A DNA stretch of 34,302 nt from an uncultured beta proteobacterium. Lineage in GTDB: Bacteria > Pseudomonadota > Gammaproteobacteria > Burkholderiales > Burkholderiaceae_C. A program made the position numbers and the translations under genes. Positions 18,125 to 25,273 of this stretch are shown here, piece after piece (positions within the stretch are counted from its first letter, which is position 1; each line of letters opens with the position of its first letter). The notes beneath the pieces are model-generated. The model had not been told where the DNA came from. It saw only the letters and a list, made by a program, of their open reading frames with translations, and did not search any database. The stretch is taken from assembly GCA_903914985.1 (NCBI GenBank), contig CAIWRE010000238.1, positions 1-34,302 on the forward strand, written 5' to 3'.

Positions 18125-19583
18125 AGCCCTGCAATTGGGCGCGCAACACGGAGCGCTGCACCTTGCCGGTGGGGGTGCGTGGAATCGCTTCAACCTGCAC
18201 CCACTCCACCAGGTGTCCGAAGGCGGCCATGCCGGGCGCTGCCTCTTTTTGCAGGCGCTCCATGCGACCGGCGGCCGTAAACACCACTGCAATGACCACC
18301 GTCTGCACGCCTGAGGGTGTGGACCCCATCAACACGGCGGCGTCGCGGACGTAGTCCAGGCTGCGCAGCTTGGACTCGGCCAGGGCGGGGTTGACTTTCA
18401 TACCGCCGATATTGATCAGGTCGTCTGCGCGGCCCGTCAGTTCCAGCCGCCCGTTGGGCAGCGCACGGCCGAGGTCGCCGGGCCAGAACCAGCCACCCAG
18501 AAAGTGGGCGCTGGTAGCGCCGGGGTCGCCCTCATAGCGCGCAGCCATGTGCGGTGTGCGGACCTTGATATGGCCGGTTTCACCCGCAGGCAGGGTCTGG
18601 TCCGCGTCATTCACGACCTCGACTTCGACCCCGGGTAAGAGTGCAATCCCCGGCTCCATTTGTCGGTCGGGTCCGGCCACTCGCGCGCCAATAAAGCCTA
18701 CTTCGTTGGTGCCGTACATGTCTGCCACCTGGTGTGCGAAAAGTGCCAGGCACTGCGCCACCATGTCTGAAGGCAAAACGCCGCCAAACGCGGTGAGCAT
18801 GATTTTTTGGGGAATCGCAGCTTGCTCAGGCGCAGTTTGCAAGATGGGGCCCAAGTCCATCGGCAGCACCGTAGCGTGGCTGATGCCGAAGTCCTGCAGG
18901 GCCTGCAAAAATGCCCGTCCATCGCGTTTGACCACGGTACCGCCCGCGCGCAGGCATGCGGTCGCTGTGGCGTAAATGCCGCCTATAGAAAAAGGGTGCT
19001 GGATCAGGCACACACTGTCCGGGCCGTAGTGACAAAACCATTGCCAGCGCTCGGTCCAGCCGTTCCACAGACGCCGGTCCAGCAGGATGCGCTTGGCTTC
19101 TCCGGTGGTGCCGGAGGTGCGCAGCAGCCGCAAGGCGGTTTGCTGCGCACGGTCTTGTCCGGGTGCGGGCGGATGAGGCGGATTGCTGTGCCCGCCACAG
19201 GCTTGCGCGTTGACGACGACCACGGGTACCGGATGCACTTGCTGCACCGGCGCAATCAGTGCGCCCACAGAAAACTGCTGCACAAAGCCGGCATTCACTT
19301 CACCGGGCAGGACCGACATGCTGCACAAGCCCAGCTGTTCCAGCGCCAGCAAGCTGACCCACTGCCATAAAAAGTCTTCGGTTGACACTGCGACGACCTG
19401 TCCGGTGCTCAGTGTCGGCAGCGTGCGGCAAAGGTAGGCCGAGCACAGCGTCAGATGTTCTTGCAACTGCGCAAAGGTGCATCTGTGGTTGCCCCACCCT
19501 AGGGCCGCTTTGTCCGGCGTTTTGTGGGCGTAGAACTGCAGTAAATCGGCCGTCGTGGGAAGGGGGCTGATAACATTGTTCAT
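18123..19583 (-). CDS. Class I adenylate-forming enzyme, paralog of 16617..18104
   Basis: RTSGTTGEAK, MYGTNE, WFWPGDLG, GRADDLINIGGMK, IPRTPTGKVQR. Start reassigned to ATG at 19583 (MNNVISP, 486 aa) to avoid overlap with the divergent GT2. Confidence 0.85.
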   Translation of the reverse strand: MNNVISPLPTTADLLQFYAHKTPDKAALGWGNHRCTFAQLQEHLTLCSAYLCRTLPTLSTGQVVAVSTEDFLWQWVSLLALEQLGLCSMSVLPGEVNAGFVQQFSVGALIAPVQQVHPVPVVVVNAQACGGHSNPPHPPAPGQDRAQQTALRLLRTSGTTGEAKRILLDRRLWNGWTERWQWFCHYGPDSVCLIQHPFSIGGIYATATACLRAGGTVVKRDGRAFLQALQDFGISHATVLPMDLGPILQTAPEQAAIPQKIMLTAFGGVLPSDMVAQCLALFAHQVADMYGTNEVGFIGARVAGPDRQMEPGIALLPGVEVEVVNDADQTLPAGETGHIKVRTPHMAARYEGDPGATSAHFLGGWFWPGDLGRALPNGRLELTGRADDLINIGGMKVNPALAESKLRSLDYVRDAAVLMGSTPSGVQTVVIAVVFTAAGRMERLQKEAAPGMAAFGHLVEWVQVEAIPRTPTGKVQRSVLRAQLQG

Positions 19584-19608
19584 AGATTTACCGATTCTGG
19601 AGTTTTTG

Positions 19609-21276
19609 TTGAAAGCTGGACTGTATCTGTACAGCGCCTCGCCCGCGCCGCGCCAAGATGTGTACGACGCGGCCGTGATTTTGCCCACGATCGGACGTTG
19701 GACCACCTTGCAGGCGATTGAATCGGTGTACGCCCAAGTCGATGCTGGAGTGATTCAATTGCTGGTCGGCGTGGATGTGGAGGCTGGCGATTTTTTGCGC
19801 ATTGAGCAATTGCTTCAGTCGCCGCCGCCGCATGTCGATGTAGCGCTTTTCTATCCCGGGTATTCCACCTCGATGCGGCACGGCGGCGTGCACACGTCGG
19901 GCAGTGGTGGCGCCCTGCGGACCATCTTGAGTTACCTGGCCCACAGCAAATACCTTTGTTATCTGGATGACGACAACTGGTGGGCGCCACAGCATGTGAG
20001 TGCCTTGCTGCGTGCGGTAAAGGGAAAGGCCTGGGCTTATGCGGGCCGCAGCTTTGTGCACCCTGAGCACGATCATTGGCAATGCATGGACGATTGGGAG
20101 TCCGTGGGACTGAATGGCGGCGTATTTGCCGCGGAGTTTGGTGGATGGGTGGACCCCAATTGTTTGATCATTGACAAAACGCAGTGTGCTGAGGCATTGG
20201 GCCTGTGGAGCAATGCCTTGACGTTCAAGGGGCAGGGCTGGGGATTGGCGGCTGATCGACGGGTTTTCGCCTGGCTGCGCGACAAACCGGTGGGCGCGAC
20301 GGGGTCGTATACGGTGTACTACCGGATTCGCGCGGACGATCCGAACTTTCATAACCGGATCCACCGATTGAAACCCATCGATGCTTCGCAGTACTACCTG
20401 CCAGCGCAGCACAGTAAAAAGACCGCAGCCCTGGTGATGGTTTGCAAAGGCCGCTTGGCCCATCTGCAACAAAGCCTGCCACGGGTCGCTGCCATCGATG
20501 GCTTGCAGGTGATTGTGGTGGATGACGATTGCCCCCAGCACGCGGGCGACTGGGTGGAGCACAACTACCCGGGCGTTCAGGTAGTGCGGCCTCCCAGCCC
20601 TGTGCCTTTCAACCTGGCACGGGCGCGCAACCTGGGGGCGGCGACGGTTGCTGCACCCTGGATTGTCTTTATGGACGCAGACGTGCTGGTGGCACCGGAG
20701 TTTTCGAAGTGGCTGGAACAGCGGCGTGATCCGGACTGCTTTTATTGCAACGACCGGGCAGTTCCCGAGCTTTCGGGCAGCTTTGTGTGCACCACGCGGT
20801 CCTTCAAGGCCGCTGGAGGCTATGACGAAAATTTCCGGGGTTGGGGGGGTGAAGACTCCGACCTTTACCGCCGCCTGGAACAGGCAGGCTCCACCAAGGC
20901 GCAGATTCCCGCCGCCCTATGGGCCCCGATACCGCATGACGACGCCATGCGCTTTGCGTTTGACGCCGGGCCGCCGTCCAAGGTGGCGGCAACTTTGCGG
21001 ACAAACTGTTACTCGGCGATCAAATACGACCTTCAAGGCTTGGGATTGGATTTTTCCAGGCAAGCGCAATTGGATGCGATTTTGCAAAAAATCAGTGCTT
21101 CGGTGCAGGCCGCTATGGCGCATCCTGCGGTGCAGGAAATTGCGTTCGACTTAGGCCCGCGTCGTGGGCTCATGATGGTGCAGGGATACTCCATCCGGCG
21201 CAAAGTTGTCTACCAAATCAGCCAAGTGGCTTCCACCGCATCCGGGCGCAAGCCCGGCATCGTCAACAACGAATGA
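19609..21276 (+). CDS. Two-domain GT-A (GT2-like) glycosyltransferase
   Basis: Domain 1: VILPTIGR...YLCYLDDDNWW. Domain 2: IVVDDDCP...FNLARARNLGA...VFMDADV...GGYDENFRGWGGEDSDL (GT2/GT7C-type WGGED). Start placed at TTG 19609 after GGAG (19599-19602); start uncertain. Confidence 0.8.
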   Translation: MKAGLYLYSASPAPRQDVYDAAVILPTIGRWTTLQAIESVYAQVDAGVIQLLVGVDVEAGDFLRIEQLLQSPPPHVDVALFYPGYSTSMRHGGVHTSGSGGALRTILSYLAHSKYLCYLDDDNWWAPQHVSALLRAVKGKAWAYAGRSFVHPEHDHWQCMDDWESVGLNGGVFAAEFGGWVDPNCLIIDKTQCAEALGLWSNALTFKGQGWGLAADRRVFAWLRDKPVGATGSYTVYYRIRADDPNFHNRIHRLKPIDASQYYLPAQHSKKTAALVMVCKGRLAHLQQSLPRVAAIDGLQVIVVDDDCPQHAGDWVEHNYPGVQVVRPPSPVPFNLARARNLGAATVAAPWIVFMDADVLVAPEFSKWLEQRRDPDCFYCNDRAVPELSGSFVCTTRSFKAAGGYDENFRGWGGEDSDLYRRLEQAGSTKAQIPAALWAPIPHDDAMRFAFDAGPPSKVAATLRTNCYSAIKYDLQGLGLDFSRQAQLDAILQKISASVQAAMAHPAVQEIAFDLGPRRGLMMVQGYSIRRKVVYQISQVASTASGRKPGIVNNE

Positions 21277-22118
21277 ACACCACCTCACATCCACCCGTTT
21301 GGCAACAGCATGCATCCCAGTGGGAGCTTGTCGGCGCGCCCCTGCGCCCTTCGCCCATCGACGCGGTGCTCATGCGCAGCGCAGTCCTTGCGCGCCACGG
21401 CCAGGCCGCCAGGGACCTCCAGGTAAGCGTGCTGGGCGTGACGCCTGAAGTGGTGGGATTGGATTGGCCGCTTGGATCGACCATCCGGGCCTTTGACCAC
21501 AGCGCAGACATGGTGCAAAAAGTGTGGCGACCGCATCCCACCTTGCACTCCGAGGTCTGTTTGACAGATTGGTCCCAACTGCCGCTGGCCAGCGGCTCGG
21601 TCGATGTGTTTGCAGGCGACAACTCGCTGGGTGCTTTGCCGACGTTTGCCAAGAGTCAGGAGGTATTGCGCGAGTTGCACCGGGCGATCAAGCCCACCGG
21701 TCTGCTGTGCTTGCGCTGCTTTATCGCACCTGCAGTGCCTGAGACGCTCCAGGCCATCAAGGACGACGTGGCGCAGGGGCGGGTGCAAAGTTTTCATGCG
21801 CTGAAGTGGCGTCTGGCGATGGCGCTTTGTTCGGGGCCCGATCAAAACGTGGTGGTCCACCGCATCGTGGAGTGCTTTGACACCCTGTTTCCCGACCGCC
21901 AGGCGCTGTCGCGTGTGCATGGTTGGCCGCTGGTGGTTATCAACACCATTGACGCCTACCGGGACAAGGACGTGCTGTATACCTTTTTCACACTGGCGGC
22001 GTTGGAGCGCTTTGCTGCGCCGTGGTTCACGATCCAAGGCATCCAGTACCCGGACTATGAGCTGGCCCCGAGGTGTCCGACGGTGACCCTGGTGCCCCAC
22101 GCCAGCGCGGCACCGTGA
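21273..22118 (+). CDS. Class I SAM-dependent methyltransferase-like protein
   Basis: Rossmann pattern: VSVLGVTPE (atypical motif I), FDHSADMV, TDWSQLPLASGSVDVFAGD, ELHRAIKPTG. ATGA overlap with GT2. Confidence 0.7.
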   Translation: MNTTSHPPVWQQHASQWELVGAPLRPSPIDAVLMRSAVLARHGQAARDLQVSVLGVTPEVVGLDWPLGSTIRAFDHSADMVQKVWRPHPTLHSEVCLTDWSQLPLASGSVDVFAGDNSLGALPTFAKSQEVLRELHRAIKPTGLLCLRCFIAPAVPETLQAIKDDVAQGRVQSFHALKWRLAMALCSGPDQNVVVHRIVECFDTLFPDRQALSRVHGWPLVVINTIDAYRDKDVLYTFFTLAALERFAAPWFTIQGIQYPDYELAPRCPTVTLVPHASAAP

Positions 22119-24046
22119 CTACGCCGGCGCCGGCACGGCACGGTGCATTGCAAAACCCCATCCATTTTTTGCGGGGCTTTGCCTTTGGCCTGCACTACCC
22201 GGCCCTGGTGTTTGCGGTGACGTGGGAGCTTGCGGATGCGCGGTGGCTGAATGCATTGCAGCAGCATCTGGCAGGCATTCCCGGTATGGGCAGTGCATGG
22301 TCCGAAGCGGACCGGGAGCGCTTGGGCGGCAGCCCGCACCACGGCGCACAGGCCCTGCCTCGGATTTTGCATTTGCTGCAACGCAGCGCCGACTTGCCAT
22401 TGTTTGAAGAGGGTAGGGTGATCGCCGTTCAGGGCAGGACATTGCGCTACGCGGTGCCGATTTTTCCCCGCAGCGTCCAGCCCATGCTGGCCACTGTGCG
22501 GGCTTTGCTGCAGGTGGTAGAGCAGCTGGCGGCCGGTGTCACCGAAGTGCCGCTCACGGCCTTGTCTGCCGCGCTGAAGGCCCTGGCCGCGAGCTACACC
22601 TGTGGCTCCAACGTACCGCCCTTTTTGCAAGCCGCCCTGGCCCGTCATTTGCCCTTTACCGAGGTGGCTGGCGAAGTGATTCAGTTCGGACAGGGACGGC
22701 GTGGCCGGTGGTTGCAAAGCTCGTTTACCGACGCCACGCCCCAGATCGCGGCGACGCTGTCGCGTGACAAAAAGCTGTGTGCCCAGGTGTTGCGGCGCGC
22801 CGGCATTCCGGTGCCTGCACATGAGACGGTGCGTTCGGACAAAGACCTCTCAGCCGCCGCGCAACGCTTGGGCTACCCGGTGGTGATCAAGCCTACCGAC
22901 CTGGACGGTGGCGTGGGTGTGGCCGCGGGATTGGACAGCCTCCAGGAGGTCGAACAGGCGTATGTACAGGCCTTGCGGCACTCGCGCAATATTTTGATCG
23001 AGAAGCATATTGCGGGGCGGGACTACCGCCTCACGGTGTTTCAGAACGAGGTGGTGTGGGTGATTGAACGCCAGCCCGCCGGTGTGCAAGGCGACGGGGT
23101 GTCGAGCGTGGTGGAGTTGATTGCGACAGCGAACCAGGATGCTCGCCGAGGCGACGGTGTGCATTCGCCGCTCAAAAGTCTGGTACTTGATGACGAGGCG
23201 CAGTCGCTGCTTCGTCGCGATGGCCTGGACGGACAGTCAATCCCGCCCAAAGGACGCTTTTTGCGCTTTCGCCGAAGTGCCAACATCGCCAGCGGCGGAT
23301 TGCCGATGGCTGTGCCGCTGGCCGCCATCCATCCCGACAACCTGGCCCTGGCGGTGCGTGCCGCACACGCGCTGAAATTGGATCTGGCGGGTGTGGATTT
23401 GTTGATCCCGGACATCGCCGTGTCCTGGCTGGCGGGCGGTGCCGCGGTGTGTGAAGTCAATGCGCAGCCCCAACTCGGCCGCACTACCAGCTTGCATTTG
23501 TATCCGCTGGTGCTGGGCAAGCTGGTGCCGGGCAATGGGCGAATCCCGATCATGTTGGTTTTTGGCGGGGCGCAAGCCGACGCGCTGGTGGAGTCGCTGG
23601 AGGCGCAGTGGTCTGCGCTGGGGCGCGGCCTGGGTGTTGCCGATGCGGCGGGTGTGCGACTCGGTGCGGTGCAGCTGGGCCAGGCTGGCACACCGGCCTA
23701 TCACGCGGGCGCCTTGCTATTGGCGCACACCGGCGTGGATGCCATCGCTGTGGTCGTTAAGGACAAGAGCCTGCTGGAAAACGGGCTGCCGTTTGTCGCC
23801 TTCGATATGCTGGTGGTTACCGGCGACCACGCCTGGGATGCAGATACCCCCGGCAGTGCCACGCCCGATTTCATGGTCCACCAACACGCGTGCGATGGCA
23901 ATTTCATCGCCCTGGGTTTTGCCGACGAAAAAAAGCGCATGCTGGAGACCCTCAGCCCGGGTCGTTTTGACTATGTGGAGCCGGATGGTCAGGGCCTCGT
24001 GGATCGCCTTTGCAGCATCGACCAGCGTCACGAAAGAGGGCCTTGA
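22115..24046 (+). CDS. Cyanophycin synthetase-like ATP-grasp protein with truncated/degenerate Mur-ligase domain (CphA2-like architecture)
   Basis: IQFGQGRRGR, DKKLCAQVLRRAGIPVP, GYPVVIKPTDLDGGVGV, IEKHIAGRDYR, ERQPAGVQGDG, ANIASGG, IHPDN, LDLAGVDLLIPDI, EVNAQP, GRIPI all follow the CphA G-domain order. About 643 aa, versus ~870 aa for typical CphA1. GTGA overlap gives start 22115. Confidence 0.8.
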   Translation: MTTPAPARHGALQNPIHFLRGFAFGLHYPALVFAVTWELADARWLNALQQHLAGIPGMGSAWSEADRERLGGSPHHGAQALPRILHLLQRSADLPLFEEGRVIAVQGRTLRYAVPIFPRSVQPMLATVRALLQVVEQLAAGVTEVPLTALSAALKALAASYTCGSNVPPFLQAALARHLPFTEVAGEVIQFGQGRRGRWLQSSFTDATPQIAATLSRDKKLCAQVLRRAGIPVPAHETVRSDKDLSAAAQRLGYPVVIKPTDLDGGVGVAAGLDSLQEVEQAYVQALRHSRNILIEKHIAGRDYRLTVFQNEVVWVIERQPAGVQGDGVSSVVELIATANQDARRGDGVHSPLKSLVLDDEAQSLLRRDGLDGQSIPPKGRFLRFRRSANIASGGLPMAVPLAAIHPDNLALAVRAAHALKLDLAGVDLLIPDIAVSWLAGGAAVCEVNAQPQLGRTTSLHLYPLVLGKLVPGNGRIPIMLVFGGAQADALVESLEAQWSALGRGLGVADAAGVRLGAVQLGQAGTPAYHAGALLLAHTGVDAIAVVVKDKSLLENGLPFVAFDMLVVTGDHAWDADTPGSATPDFMVHQHACDGNFIALGFADEKKRMLETLSPGRFDYVEPDGQGLVDRLCSIDQRHERGP

Positions 24047-24055
24047 TAATGGCAA

Positions 24056-24973
24056 ATGCACATGAATAGAATTTACCGCTCCGCTGACGAGTTATTGAGC
24101 CTTGAGGCGGCCTTATTGCGCGAGAACTTGCCTCAGGACCGTGACGGCGACCGGCTCTATTCGCTGATCAGTTTTATCCGTTCGCACGCCCGCCGGCCTA
24201 CTGAAAATCCGGTGTTCAATGATGTGCTCTTCCATCTCAACACCAGCGACGAAATACTCAATCCCCTGCGTGTTTTTGTCACTGACAAGGAGCATGGCAA
24301 ACAGTTTATAAAAAGCGTGCTGGGCGATGAGCTGAACGTGCCGACCTTGGCGGTTCTTCGCAACCCAGCCGAAGTGGCGGCGTTTCGTTTTCCTGAACGT
24401 TGTGTTATCAAACCCACACATGCCTCCAGCGAAGTCATTGTCCGTCTTGCCGGTGAGGCGATTGACAGGACGCGCCTTGAATCCTGGTTCCGGCTCAACT
24501 ATTACCAAAAGACGCGGGAAGCCAATTACCGCTACTTGCAACCAAAAATAATTGTCGAACCCATACTGTTTGACAATCCCAAGCTCAGTGATATCAAGGT
24601 ATTTTGCTTCGAGGGCAGGGCCAAACTCCTCTTCGTCGATATCCATTTGGACGGCCGGCGCTTTCGTAAGTTTTACGACATGGACTGGAATCCATTGAAA
24701 TTTTCGCTGCGCTACCCCAACCCTGACCACCTTGTGGTGCCTCGACCGATGAACTTGGCGGCCATGTTGGAAGCAGCAGAACAGCTCAGTCGCCAGTTTT
24801 CATTGGTCAGAATTGATTTGTACTCCGACGGGCAGCGGTTTTATGTGGGTGAAATCACCAACTGCTCGGGCGCCGGATTGGCAAAGTTTGATTCGTATGC
24901 AAGCGAGCTGAGCGCTTCCCGTATGATTTTCGGATCGGCGGGCGTGACGCGCCAGGGGCCGGTGTCTCTATGA
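24056..24973 (+). CDS. TupA-like ATP-grasp amidoligase
   Basis: TDKEHGKQFI, PERCVIKPTHAS, REANYRYLQPKIIVE, DIKVFCFEG, RPMNLAAMLEAAEQLS, VRIDLY, FYVGEIT..SGAG: the pattern of the ATPgrasp_TupA family. Confidence 0.82.
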   Translation: MHMNRIYRSADELLSLEAALLRENLPQDRDGDRLYSLISFIRSHARRPTENPVFNDVLFHLNTSDEILNPLRVFVTDKEHGKQFIKSVLGDELNVPTLAVLRNPAEVAAFRFPERCVIKPTHASSEVIVRLAGEAIDRTRLESWFRLNYYQKTREANYRYLQPKIIVEPILFDNPKLSDIKVFCFEGRAKLLFVDIHLDGRRFRKFYDMDWNPLKFSLRYPNPDHLVVPRPMNLAAMLEAAEQLSRQFSLVRIDLYSDGQRFYVGEITNCSGAGLAKFDSYASELSASRMIFGSAGVTRQGPVSL

Positions 24974-25005
24974 TGATGCGATGGTCGTTTGTAGGAATGT
25001 GTCCC

Positions 25006-25263
25006 ATGCATGAAAAACTGAGTGCTCCTCCATTCAGGCCCGGCCTGGGCCTGCTGTCCCTGTGTGTCTGGGTGGCCGGTGTCGCCACCGGCACCCCCGC
25101 CTGGGCTTACAAGGTGGAACGGGTCTGCGAGACGACCGAGGCGACGGGCAAGAAACCGGCCATGAAGGTGTGCAAAACCTTGCTGGTCAAGCCTGGTGCC
25201 GATAACAAGGACGCGAAGAAAGAAGAGAAAAAAGAGGAAAAACCAGCCGCAGGCCACCACTAG
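25006..25263 (+). CDS. Small exported hypothetical protein
   Basis: Signal-peptide-like segment ending PAWA, a Cys pair (RVC...KVC) and a K/E-rich tail ending GHH. AGGA lies 9 nt upstream of ATG 25006; alternative starts 24970-24997. Confidence 0.6.
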   Translation: MHEKLSAPPFRPGLGLLSLCVWVAGVATGTPAWAYKVERVCETTEATGKKPAMKVCKTLLVKPGADNKDAKKEEKKEEKPAAGHH

Positions 25264-25273
25264 GCGGCTGCGC

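Noticed and set aside
19555-19706. 152-bp head-to-head overlap of the two ORFs as given in the ORF track
   Set aside because: Artefact of longest-ORF starts; ATG 19583 (-) and TTG 19609 (+) remove the overlap.
22115-25263. Graspetide/RiPP cluster with the small ORF as precursor
   Set aside because: The ATP-grasp proteins resemble CphA and TupA rather than RimK-like graspetide ligases; the small ORF has a Sec-type signal and no recognisable leader/core repeats.
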